Source: Schmidtea polychroa (Eukaryota). From it: a stretch of 64,000 nt of DNA. Positions 10,967 through 23,164 of the stretch are shown in pieces. The notes below the pieces were generated by a model. It was not told the origin of the DNA. It was given only the letters and a program-made list of their open reading frames with translations, and ran no database searches. The DNA is taken from contig CM097886.1 in NCBI GenBank assembly GCA_044892525.1, positions 82,770,001-82,834,000 on the forward strand. The letters are read 5' to 3'. Position numbers and translations under genes: made by a program. How positions within the stretch are numbered: the first letter of the stretch is position 1; each line of letters begins with the position of its first letter.

Positions 10967-11181
10967 GTTCGCTCGACGGGGCTAATGCTTTCAAGATCTT
11001 GGTGACCCGTTCAACCAGTTTTTTTGCTGGTGGTGATTTTTCCGTCTTCATTTTAGCAGAATTCACAACTCTACCATCATTGGTAAACGTGACTTGGAGA
11101 CAATTATCGTCGGCGCTTTCGCAAGTGGAATAATCGTCTTCGTCAGCAATTGAGATGGCTGGCGGCGACAAGGAATCTTCT
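10967..11181 (-). pseudogene. Middle fragment of accessory ORF of LTR element copy A
   Basis: EDSLSPPAISIADEDDYSTCESADDNCLQV..KILKALAP is near-identical to copy B 61285-61500. Confidence 0.92.
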
Positions 11182-11686
11182 GCATATTTAAAAAATAATT
11201 TTCCTCTAATGCTGTCCAAATGCCACCTTGTCACAAGAAAGATGCAATCAATGAAAAGATGGACAAGATCTATTTTCAGTCAAAATATTTCATTTTATGA
11301 ATAAATACTACTAAAATTGGTTACACATTTATTTGAATTATTTTTAATAATAATAATAATAATAATATTTTGAATTACATCTGGAAATTTTTCAAAAATT
11401 TTTAAATAAAATTGAAAACTTATAGAAAACATTTAAACAATTAATATATTCTTTTATTTTGAATTTTATATTGCATTGATTTTCTGTGGATTTGTTTTTA
11501 TTCATTTCAACTAATGAGTATGCAGATAAACTAAATTAAAAAGAAGACCAAAAAGCATTTGAAAATTGAAACAGCTAAATTCTACGAAATTGACAAGAAT
11601 TATTTTCATTATCCAAAGTTATTTCATTTCATAAATAATAATAATAATAATTAATAATAATAATTAACAATAATAATAATAATAAT

Positions 11687-12056
11687 CAGTGCTCGAAGTG
11701 AGGCGGGATAGCCGGGATATTATCCCGGCATTGATTATGTAGGCGGAATTGCATCCCGGCACTTCATTTCATATAATCTATAGGTTTATCCCGGTACTTA
11801 TTTCATTTTATAGGCACACAAATACTGCAATTAAGGTCACACATAGTACATCCATATATGTATGTATATATATATATATATATTCTTTATTCTCTATTCT
11901 CTATTCAATTAAGAATTTCCCAAGCAGCAGTAATGGATAGGTAGGTATTTGTTGGACACCCCCCCCCAAGTTTTGCAACACCCCCAACTGAAAATTTCTG
12001 CATAAAAGCCTGGAATCCCGGGTGCCACAGCATGCCTATCCCGGCACATATTTTGT
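11687..12056 (+). mobile_element. Terminus of a hAT-like element, cut by the gap
   Basis: CAGTGCTCGAAGTG end next to an (AAT)n tract, with repeated ATCCCGGCA subterminal motifs. Confidence 0.5.
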
Positions 12057-12490
12057 NNNNNNNNNNNNNNNNNNNNNNNNNNNNNNNNNNNNNNNNNNNN
12101 NNNNNNNNNNNNNNNNNNNNNNNNNNNNNNNNNNNNNNNNNNNNNNNNNNNNNNNNNNNNNNNNNNNNNNNNNNNNNNNNNNNNNNNNNNNNNNNNNNNN
12201 NNNNNNNNNNNNNNNNNNNNNNNNNNNNNNNNNNNNNNNNNNNNNNNNNNNNNNNNNNNNNNNNNNNNNNNNNNNNNNNNNNNNNNNNNNNNNNNNNNNN
12301 NNNNNNNNNNNNNNNNNNNNNNNNNNNNNNNNNNNNNNNNNNNNNNNNNNNNNNNNNNNNNNNNNNNNNNNNNNNNNNNNNNNNNNNNNNNNNNNNNNNN
12401 NNNNNNNNNNNNNNNNNNNNNNNNNNNNNNNNNNNNNNNNNNNNNNNNNNNNNNNNNNNNNNNNNNNNNNNNNNNNNNNNNNNNNNNNNN
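12057..12490. other. Assembly gap (434 N); ORFs listed across it are artefacts
   Basis: Run of N. Confidence 1.
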
Positions 12491-12649
12491 GACAAATAAT
12501 TCCATAAGTCATAAATGTCAGCACATAAAATAAAAAACCGAAAATCATCAGAAAATCGTATTTTTACACGAGTAAAAATGAAACATCAAGCATGATTAGA
12601 GCGCTGGCAATCCATCATCATTGCAATCCATTATGTGATGAAACGCTCT

Positions 12650-13678
12650 TCAGTTTTTCTTGTTTTCTATATGAGCCATATATCTCGAGATGAATACGGA
12701 CTTTTTCATCACTGTCGGTGATGTTGCCAATGAGACACTGGTAGGTTTTGAATTGAATTTCACAGTTTCGTCATAACTGGTAGACCTTTCTGTCGTTAAG
12801 GTGGAAAATAGTTTAGTCTTGTCTGTTGAATCGGACATAAAATGTCCAGTATTGATATTCAGTGAATTTTTCAAAGATCCTCTGCGTTTGTTCAAGTTCA
12901 CGGGTGTATTTGATTTGGATTTAGAATCAAATAAAGATGTTATGCTCTCAAATTTAGAGTTAAGTTTCTTCACAGAGTTAGCAATTGTGTTGTTAATCTT
13001 TTGTTTCAATTTGAGCTCATTGTTACTAATGTCAGCACCGTTAGGAAGATTACTTTCTCCATTGAGTGACTGGTTCAGATTTTTAGGATTTGTAGAATTA
13101 TTCGGATTTTCATCGCTATTTTCATCAACATTAAAAAATTTTTTATCCAGTTTTTCCTTTTCATTGTTATTGGCTATATGATTTAGGTTCGATTCAATCA
13201 ATTTAGAATTACCATTTGTACAAGTTGTTGTTTGATTATCATTTTGGGAATTTTTATTACATTCATCAGCTTTCATTGGACAATTACGAGGAGTTAAAAT
13301 ATCGGATTCCTCAATTAGAATTTCTGAAGGACTGGAAGAATCACAAAGTTTTCGGTTAGAAATAGTGGGAATATTGAGTTCAAAATGTAATTTATTAGAC
13401 TTTGTTTTTCCATGAAAGTTTTCGATATTGTTGTTATCATTGGTTGCTTTTAAACTATCAAAATTATTCTCACAGTTCCTGATATCGGGATTATTATCAA
13501 GATTACTGCCTTCCAAAGATTTATCCGAAGTTGGCTCTAAAGTACTTGATCGGAATTTTCCACTAGAATTTAAAAGCAATAGATCATCTTTGTTATCAGT
13601 GCAATCGAGAGAATTTTCTAAATCTTCATTTAAATCATTTATTTCCAGATGTTTTCTTAATAATATTGGAGTGATGGA
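12650..13678 (-). CDS. DAPK: DAPK-family kinase, coding exon 9 (Ser/Asn-rich disordered tail and stop)
   Basis: Acceptor ttttag|TCC at 13679, phase 0. 342 open codons including the listed 309-aa ORF, ending in TGA at 12650. Confidence 0.75.
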   Translation of the reverse strand, partial: SITPILLRKHLEINDLNEDLENSLDCTDNKDDLLLLNSSGKFRSSTLEPTSDKSLEGSNLDNNPDIRNCENNFDSLKATNDNNNIENFHGKTKSNKLHFELNIPTISNRKLCDSSSPSEILIEESDILTPRNCPMKADECNKNSQNDNQTTTCTNGNSKLIESNLNHIANNNEKEKLDKKFFNVDENSDENPNNSTNPKNLNQSLNGESNLPNGADISNNELKLKQKINNTIANSVKKLNSKFESITSLFDSKSKSNTPVNLNKRRGSLKNSLNINTGHFMSDSTDKTKLFSTLTTERSTSYDETVKFNSKPTSVSLATSPTVMKKSVFISRYMAHIENKKN

Positions 13679-13798
13679 CTAAAATGTAAAATAAAATTTT
13701 AAATCCACATCTTTCATATTTTTATCAATTTTAAATGAACAATAAAACTTATTTTTTTTTTAAAATACGTTTAAAATAAGTAAATTTATCACCCTTAC

Positions 13799-13906
13799 CC
13801 CACTACTAGGAGGTGATGGATATACCACAAATTGTTTCAGAGACTGTAGTTTATCACGAGATATGATAGAAGATCTTCTTCTGAAAACTGAAGCTTGTTC
13901 CATTGG
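13799..13906 (-). CDS. DAPK: DAPK-family kinase, coding exon 8 (PMEQASVFRRRSSIISRDKLQSLKQFVVYPSPPSSG)
   Basis: tttag|CCA acceptor and GGG|gtaagg donor, both phase 0. It follows WIK| as the DAPK1 autoregulatory segment PKDTQQALSRKAS does. Confidence 0.75.
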
Positions 13907-15073
13907 CTAAATACGTTCACATTGTTTAATCAATATAAATATCTTATTACAAAAATTATTCAATTGGATATATATTACAAAATAGTAGATATGTCTAACG
14001 CACAAACATAAAGCCAGCTTAAACTTTACCTATGCACTGACTTTTATTAATCAATCGTTTCTTGCCGACAAAGACATTTAAAAATATAACTCAAAAAACA
14101 TAAAAATAAAAATAAAATTTTGACAAATAATCATAAATTTTAGATTATATGCTCTTATTTTGTTTTTCCTTCAAACTAAACTTTTTACGGTAAAATATAT
14201 AATTAAAATATTGCAATGCCCAACATATCGACTGTCATAGACTTAGAACTTATATGTCATTTTAAATCGAAAGGGTCATTTAAATATGGACCTTGAACTC
14301 AATCACTGTGAAATTACGAGCATTTTAATTAGGCTTTCCAAATACTCGAAGATTTTTAATACTTGATTACCAAGTACTTTAAAATGAGATACTCGATAAT
14401 ACTCAATTAATCGATTAATTGAAAAAATGAAAAACATATATGCAATAACAACAATAACAATAATAAAAGTATATTTGCAAGTGATGTGATTTCCAGTGTA
14501 GCACGGAAAGTATGCAGTAGAGTTGAATCAGCAATATTGTATACTTACCTAGCGCGAAGAGAAATCTTCGCGTCTCCTGCATAGTACCGATGGGACTTTT
14601 TTTCTCAACCAATCAGGATTGACTAAACTCGTTCTATTTAATTTATTTCATAATTTAATTTTTCTGACTTTTTATTTGTGGTTTGTTATTCCATTTTAAT
14701 TATTTGATTTATCGTTTTCTAATTTCATTTTTATAGGTTAGATTTCCTTTCAAGGATATTTATTGTTGTTCTATTGGTTTAATTCTAATTATTTTTTTGA
14801 TTTTACGTCCTATTTTTAAATTATTTAATTTATAAATTTAATTTTTCTTTTATTGTTTATTTAATCCTGGTTGGTTGTCGATTATCATATTTTATTGGTC
14901 ATCTCCTGTGTGTTATGCTTTCTATTCTATGTTATCGCTGTGGCTTTTGTAGTTCAGATCTTATTTTAATTTTTAATGCTCGAAACTAGTTTACTATTGG
15001 GATTTGCACTGGGTATTACAAAGCCTGTAATGTTTATATTAATAAAAATATACTAACAGTATAATATTCAAAA

Positions 15074-16900
15074 TCATTTTAATTTATTATTATTAAACAT
15101 GTATTTTAAGAATAAACGTGAGTTGAATATTTCAAAGTTCAATCTGGTTCGCAATTTTGTTTTAACCATTTCAGCGGTCGAAAACACACGTTCAGTTGCA
15201 GCTGATGTCGGCCTAATAGCTAAAAGGGCATGGTACAATATATCCAATAAAGCTGTTCTTTGGTCGTTTTTTAATTGTTTTTGTATATAATTTTCAGCAA
15301 AACTTTGTGATGATGATGAGGTATTAGTTATTGAATCCATAGATTTTTAAGCTCTTCGTGAATGTTTTGACCAACTGAAGTTTGCTATAGTATAGAAGGG
15401 TTGGATTCTTCAGGAATTTCGTGTTCGTTTAGGTCTAATGAATCTTGAGGAAAAATTCTTGCATAATCTTGACTCCTAACAATATTGCAGCATTCTTTGA
15501 TGAATATTTAAAATGTTCGGTTGACTTAGGAATATTTCCACTATCGAGGTATATTATTAAGGTCACCAAAACTTCATCACGGCTTCCGTTCATTCTTTTC
15601 TTAACTGTTGCTAGTAGATTTTGTACTAATGCTATATTTTGTTTTCCTCTAATTTATTAAAGATGAATTTGTAAACGCCTTCAGCTGTTTCGCATCATTT
15701 TTACTTAATTCGGTAACCGCCATTTCGATAGGCTTTGAGGCTTCTTAATAACTTTTTATCAAAGTAATCTTCGTCATCGGTAACAGTAGGCAAATGAATT
15801 TCTGCAAGTGACTCATTTACGCTATACACTAAATATGTAAATCACTTCAACATTTTACACATGGAACTCCAACGAGTTTTCATCTTTTTTCCCCAGAATA
15901 AATAATTTTTTATTGCAAAATAGTTTTTAAAGCAGATTGCTTAAGGATAATTTTCCTTATTTTTTGAATTAGACTATTTAAATCATCAGATAGAAGTAAA
16001 GCAGCATCATTTTCTTCATGTTGAAGTTCAAAAATCCGCGAACATGTTTCTATCTAAACGAACTTCCTTATTAGTTAGATGATCATCATCTTCAATGTCA
16101 TCATCAACATCATAAAAATGTTCTTCATCGTCCTAATTTATATCAATATTACATTCCACGCTTTTCTTATAAAAACTGTCCATTATAGCCAAATGTAATG
16201 CATGGTTGTGGCACATCTGGCTAACAGGATTTATCATTTACCATACTTACGCATTACCGACGCAGAATCATGTGTAGAAGCAAATACGTCGATATTTATG
16301 TCAATACTAAATTCATTTAATTTTTGCTCCACCAATAATTTAATTTTATCAGCGGCTCCTTTGACTTTAATTTCACATCATCCATGAACATATGAATTAC
16401 ATATTTTAATATTTTTCAAATCAACGACGTGAAAACTAATATTCATATAACGAATGAAATTACAATCAGTTCATTCGTCGACTGTTATAGAGAATTTTCT
16501 ATTTTCCTTTTTATAAGGTGAAAATAAATCACACAATTCTTTATATTTTACTTCAAAAAACGATTAATATAAGAAACCCCTGTCGTAATGCTACTTGGCA
16601 TTTTATATCCTCTGGAATTCACATATTCATTAATTGCCTTTGAGTGGATCATACTATTGAGTGACATTCCTTCTACTACTGCTACTCTCGCTAATATTTC
16701 ATCTAAAGATTCCTTCTTTAAATAATTCGATACACAATTATTTGATTCAAATTGCAATTTAATTTTTTGCCCTACACTATTCGGTGCTGATTCTTCTCCG
16801 ATTTTCTGAAGTTCTTTTATATGAAAATTTCTCATATGATTTCTCATGCCCGATTTTGTTGAACCCTCGCAGCTTATTGTTTTGGAGCATGCGTTATAAA
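15074..16900 (-). pseudogene. Degenerate hAT transposase (BED finger to dimerisation domain)
   Basis: CSKTISC..MRNHMRNFH BED-like finger. Fragments LDEWTD and THDSASVM. PTSAATERVFS..RTRL dimerisation motif. Many stops. Confidence 0.8.
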
Positions 16901-16976
16901 TTGCTTCGGAAGAATTTTTAGAATCCTTTTAAAATGTTTCCAAATATCTGATCGTTTTGACATGGCCTACAAGCTT

Positions 16977-17743
16977 TTAAAAGCGACATCAAAATTATTT
17001 TTTATAGACATACATCAAATTCTGTTATCTGTTTGTGTTTACGTACCGCATATGATAATATTATAAATTTATAACGTATAATATAATATTTAATAAATTG
17101 TAAGATACTGATTAGTTTTTAAACGACTATTTTGAATTGATTGAATTTCTCTCGATTCGGTTGACGTAAAATGAAATACCAAAGTAATACAACGGAAATG
17201 AAATCAACAACAGCTCGGCTCTCCATCTATTTGTGAGTTTTGTAATGTTAAAGATAAATAGCTGCATTTCAAAAAGAGTACTCTTTGCAAGTATTTCATA
17301 GGTGAAAAATAAAGAAGAAAAAACGATAAAAACTTTATTTTCTTTTAAAAACATATTTTTCTTCGGAGTGGATTTTTTTTTGCTAAATGAGTATGTTCGT
17401 CTAATAATGTAGCCACATCCGAATAACTTTCATTTTGCATATTAAATTTGATCATTAAGACGGCAGATAATGTTTATACAGTAAGTTGCGACTTCTCACT
17501 GCTCCAATAATCATTCCCTAGTGAAAATACCCTTTCAACAGCAGCATTAGTGCCTGGACAACATAAGGAAATTTCTATTAAAACTTTTAAATTTTCATGT
17601 GGGATATGATCTTTTAATGCCTGATGTTTCTCTTTCGATTGATTCCAAATTTAAAATCTTAATTTGAATACCGTTCTTAATATAGAAATACCTTACTAAA
17701 ATTGGATAAAGTTTTATTTCAGTGTGATTCGATGTGTTTGATA

Positions 17744-17800
<57 letters not shown>

Positions 17801-18570
17801 ACAGAATCGAGATTTTCTGATAGCATTTTCTTGCAGTATTCATTAAATACGCTGGTTACGATAGACTCACATTTTGTTCGCACACAAGAAATTTTTTCGT
17901 CACAAAATCTTTTTAATAATTTAGTAGTACAGTCTATGCTGCGAAAACTTTGATTATGGATTATTGTGTGAAAAGCGAAAGTACCCTCCATTACTGCCAT
18001 TTTTTTTTCATTAGTTCCAAAAGTATTCCCTTAAAAAATGTTGTCAGTTTTGATGTTGACGCTGCTATGTCATGAGACGTTTTATGTACTTTATTTTCAA
18101 TGTGTGCCGCTATTGCACTACGTCCATGAATTGCAATTGAAAATTCCCTATTGCAGATTGTGCATTTAACCAAGGAGTCATCATTTTAACTACAGTGAAC
18201 GGAAACTCTTTTTTTAAATTTTCGTTTAAAAGATTTTTCCTTCTTTTGTTATCGCTCATATTTGAATTAATAATCTAATTATATTATAAAATAATTAGTA
18301 ATATATTTTTTTTTATTTTAAATAAATATTATAATCTGATATTATATAAGTAAAATGAAAATTAAACTATAATAAATCAAATCACTGTCAAAATAATTTT
18401 AAATATTTAATTAATAAAATCGAAATAAAATAATCTAATAAAATGTTTTAGAAATACAAATGAGTATAAAATTATACAAATGAGTACTTTCAGAGTACAG
18501 GATTTGAAAAGAGTACGTTTGCGAAAAAAGAGTACAAAACTCAGTAAATGAGTATAGATGGTCGCCTTAA
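16977..18570 (-). mobile_element. Internally deleted hAT element
   Basis: CTICNREFSIAIHGRSAIAAH finger, EGTFAFH..SFRSIDC..RTKCESIV, SNH..KLYPILVRYF and PGTNAAVERVFS. Imperfect ends TAAGGCGACCATC (18570) and TAAAAGCGACATC (16977). GAGTAC subterminal repeats. Confidence 0.75.
17746..17797. repeat. (TA)n microsatellite inside hAT coding sequence
   Basis: About 26 TA units; source of the YIYIYI ORFs. Confidence 0.95.
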
Positions 18571-18780
18571 TTATAACAAAGTATAAAATTGACGAATAAT
18601 TAATCTAAATAATTCAATAATCTAAATACATAATTCTCTATGTATGCATGTGAATGAGTGATTATGGAATAACGCTTAATTAAAATCACCAAATGGCAAA
18701 TTTTATTATAACTTTTAATTCTGATCGACAACATAGCATTTTGATTTTAATGTTATCTGAAAATCGACTTTCCTCTATCG

Positions 18781-18993
18781 CAGTGGTTCTCAAACTTTTT
18801 TGATCACGACCCAAATTTTTGACATTTCATGCCAAAAATTTTATTGCGACCCACATGACAAAGATTAAATAAATTTAAAAGGCTTAAACTTCCAAAATTT
18901 ATATTTGTAGATCTTTCCATAAGTCATCGCGACCCACCAAAAATTCTTTCGCGACCCAAAAATGGGTCGCGACCCATAGTTTGAGAAACACTG
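18781..18993. mobile_element. hAT (Charlie-type) MITE, 213 bp
   Basis: TIRs CAGTGGTTCTCAAAC / GTTTGAGAAACACTG and a perfect 8-bp TSD CTCTATCG. Confidence 0.95.
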
Positions 18994-19802
18994 CTCTATC
19001 GAATGATGCATAATTTGTCTAATTTGGACTATTAATTCTTTTTTTGAACTGTTATCTACTATATAATAATACCAAAAAATATTGTCATTATAGAGTTATT
19101 GAATTAGAATAAATAAAACTGTAATTGTTGCATATGTGCTGAAAGGGTAGAATTCACGTTTAAGTTAAAACTGGATATTGCTAATAAACATTTAAATTGT
19201 ATATATCAGATTACATAAATTTTTATATAAATATTTAAATTAATAAATTAAAGTAAGTTTAAAATATAAAAGTAAATTAAAATATATTAAATATTAAAAT
19301 AAATTAAACCAGCATTGAAATCAGCATCAAAATTAAAATAATAAAAAAGCCTCGAACAGATTGTTTGAATATTACAAAAAAGCGCAGTTTTGTGAATAAA
19401 ATAAATTTAGTAATTTTATTTGTTTAATTTATTAATTATGGAGATTGAGAATGAATTCGACGTTGTTGCGGCTAACATGTGCAAAAATGGGTCTTAAATA
19501 CTTAGAAACACAAAATTCCACTAAAAACTTTATTAATTTCATGTTTTAATAAATGTTGGGAACTTGTGTTGCATATGTGCAACCCGCAGCGAAACAGGAT
19601 TAAGAGTTTTATTGTTAAAATTATCCTTATACTTTCTATAATTTACTAATTTATAAATCATTTCAAAATAACTGATAATTATTCTTTAGAAGATAATAAT
19701 CGATCACAACTGGATTTTCATTAGAAAATAATGTGCAATTTATTAAAATTTGAAAAGCAAAATTTATTTTAGCGACTATAAAAATAAATATTAAAATCTT
19801 AC

Positions 19803-19848
19803 TTTAATCCAACGATGTTTCAAGCATAAATTGGCAGTTGAGCGTTTT
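19803..19848 (-). CDS. DAPK: DAPK-family kinase, coding exon 7 (RKRSTANLCLKHRWIK)
   Basis: ttctag| acceptor and AAA|gtaag donor; kinase subdomain XI. Confidence 0.9.
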
Positions 19849-19916
19849 CTAGAATAATACACGTAATCAGCAGGTTCTAATTTAACCTTTTATTTAAAAT
19901 ATATAATTAACATTAC

Positions 19917-20069
19917 CTGGGATCTAAAACCAAAAGAGAATTGATAAAACTTTTAGCCATTTCCGACATATCACTACAAACATCCTCTTCAAAATCTAAT
20001 TTACATGTGACAATATTCTGGAATGTCGAGGATTGATCATCTCCACTAAAAGGTGAAACACCCGTGAGC
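19917..20069 (-). CDS. DAPK: DAPK-family kinase, coding exon 6 (LTGVSPFSGDDQSSTFQNI..SFINSLLVLDP)
   Basis: ttcag| acceptor and CAG|gtaatg donor; phases match the neighbouring exons. Confidence 0.92.
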
Positions 20070-23000
20070 CTGAATTATTGAAAATACATAAACTGAAACA
20101 TAACGTATATATTTTGTCTATATTTTTCTATACATTAAACCTATTATCTTAAAATACGATAGAGTTAAATAAAATATAAATGTTCACTAAAAACAGAAAG
20201 ACGTAAATATTGGTACATTGACGGTCGTAACATGTTTGATTTAGATGATAACTTATTGTTTGGTTACAGGGTTCGATACGGGACACTGGTGTTTCAATAG
20301 AAGTAAATAGGCCTGAAATGACCAGTTATCATTAATCTATCGACAGTAACTAAGATCGTCAAGCTGATAAATATTATTCACAAATCTGAATATAAAATCA
20401 AACCAAACGGCTTGGAAATACTTGTTAACATATTACCTATTTGACAAGTAAGTTTGTGTTGTTTTAATAATTAAAATTTAATCGAATTTGAATCGAAACT
20501 ATATGTAAATTATTCACATAACATTATGCTTATATACCTTGAAAAATATAAATCGTTTAAAAATAACATTTTGACAAAATTGTTTTTCTTATTACAAAAT
20601 TTAAATATTATTCAAAGACTATGAATGGAACTTCAACGAAAGAAATACATTGTAATTGGGCTGATATACATATACGATTGAAGAAGTGGATAAATATACA
20701 AAATCTAATATTAAAGAATATTGGAAATGCAGATGCTACGGGTATGTTTAATGTCATTTTCTTTATAAAAAATTTAAAAAGACAAGGTATTCCGTTAAAA
20801 TTTCTGGATTAACGAAATTTTTCATAACAGAGAAACTTTGGGAAACCCATCTTTATGTCAACTCAAAAGCTGTGAATTATTAAAGCTGGAATATTATGAA
20901 ATTGACAGAATTTTATTTGACAAAGTAGACGTTAGTAATTAATTAATGATTTAAACAGATTGTAAATTAAATACCATAAATACAAAAGTGAAATTTTACA
21001 CTCAAGTTCACGCTCTTTAAACCAAAACAGTATTCCGTACAAACTGCAAATCATAAGTGGAATGTTATCCTTTTATTTGGGAAATTCTAATAGTGAATGT
21101 GATAAGAAATTACAACACCATCACGGTAATTTTTCAAGTCTATTTTGGTTATAGATAAAAATTATTATTATCTGTAGTCTCTTAATACTTTAACTATTTT
21201 AGTGTACGATAAATATTAATAATTTTCATAAAATCTTTTCATGAAGTATCACAAATGTGAAAGATGAATTAAAAATTATTATGAGAACACATTCCAAACA
21301 ATGTTGTAAGCATGACAAAATATATGGTTAATCCTGAATTTTTTTATGTATTCTGTGTATTGCCTTTGACTTCCACATTAACAAAAATATCAACTTCATA
21401 ATTTAAACTTTAAATATTTTTTTCATTCAAAAAACGATATAAAAACAATTCATGCATCATTCGACATCTCAAACGTTAAATTTCATCAAAATCAATAAAA
21501 AAATATGCCAAACATTTGAGAAGCTGAAACCTTTGTTTTACTAGCTGTGATTTCTCTGTTGATGAGCTTGATCATCATCACCTATTCAACCAAAGAAATT
21601 TTCCTTAGAATACTAATTCGCGATTCTAGTGATTCTCATGATAAAGTTCGTTTCGTGAGCCAGACTGACCCACCCGTCTTTGATTGCCAAAAGAAGACAA
21701 TGAACAAAGTTATTCCAGATAAAGATTACAATACTTTCACATCGTACAATACTGGAGTCTAGATGCCCAAACGCGAGTTCATCAACAATCTCAGTACAAT
21801 CGTCAGATAAGGTGTCAATGCTTTCGTGGGAACATTGACTGCTAGAACAAATATTTCTATGATCGATTTAAATGTCGTATTAAATAAAAGCTTTATGCAA
21901 ATTAGTTTCGTGTCCCTATATTCTGCATAATCAAATGTTTGGAAAGTTTTGTTTAAATATTAATGAATAAACAAGTTGAGTTTAAAAGTAAATTTTTGAA
22001 TTGTGCCGAATGTATTTTATGAACGATAAATCTGAAAGTATAGTAATTTGAATTTCGTTTGGATAACTCAAAACCACACGCTTTTCCCAGTACAGAAGCA
22101 ACGTCAGTAATAACAATTGTTTCACTTTTTAATGCAATTCATCTTACACCTGAGTCAAGAAAATGTTAATTGAAAATAAGATTCATAAATAGGATGATTA
22201 GCTATTCACACATTACTGAGACAAAATAATTGAAATAAAAGGTGATCATATTATCAAATTTGACTTCCTAAAATAATGTAAGATAAATTGTGAACAGATT
22301 CATAAATTTAAAACACAGCAAAGAAATTCATTTGAATGACACATGTCATTTGTATTGTAGAGAGATATGAAAACAAGAAATAATATAAACAAATATATGC
22401 GTATAGATGTCTAAAAAATTCATGAGATAAGATAGATTTTATTTTTTTATTTTCATTTAATATGGGAATTTCTATTCAATCTTATTTTACTGTCGAAAAT
22501 TCAATTTCATTTAGAAAATTTGTTTATTTAAATCCGTCTAACGGTTGTCTTAATCATGTACGGTAGATGTTTCAGATAAAATTTTAAATATTTGCGATGT
22601 AAATTTCACATTTATAATTATGAAAAAAATTATGAACTTTGTTTATTCTCCAATTCTGATTTTAAATATTTTCAAGGCAAAACATTTCTGAAAACAAATA
22701 ATATAATATTTTATAATATGACTCGTTTGAGGAAGGAAGTAAGAAATGTACTATCTCAAATAAAATCTGAATGGGTTCAAATCTTCCGTTTTTATTTTTA
22801 AATGAAATAGAAGATAAACAATTTCGTTTCGATACCCAATCTGCGACACCAAGTTAATTATCATTTTGACTTCAAATTGAAGTCAACTAAATAGTTTAAT
22901 ATTATGAGTTTTGAGCACTTAAATAGATTGGATAAACTGCCAAAAAATTTCTCTTCATCTTATTGTTTTCCACTTTATTTTTTCAGTCCTTTCTTTATTA

Positions 23001-23164
23001 GATAATAAATATTCTTTAAGAAAATATTTAGTTTGTAACTCAGGCAAATAAACGAGTTTTATGTGATGCCAGATAACTAACTGTTGTTTGAGTTTTTTAA
23101 TACAAAATATAACTATTGAATGAATTATTTCAAAAATGTTTTTAATAATATCATTAGAAAACTT

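Noticed and set aside
11182-11200. Acceptor-like TTTAAATATGCAG at the start of the copy A fragment (possible exonisation)
   Set aside because: The frame stops at 10959 with no in-frame donor; a junction at AG can be chance.
11905-12548. ORFs made mostly of X
   Set aside because: Artefacts of the N gap.
17595-17953. YIYIYI ORFs, also at 48400-48615
   Set aside because: Translations of (TA)n tracts.
20265-20295. GGTTCGA B-box-like motif, also at 59383
   Set aside because: No A-box or cloverleaf; not a tRNA or SINE call.
22535-22545. 11-nt match (minus strand CCGTTAGACGG) to the planarian spliced-leader 5' end as I recall it
   Set aside because: The match does not extend, and there is no donor or Sm site.
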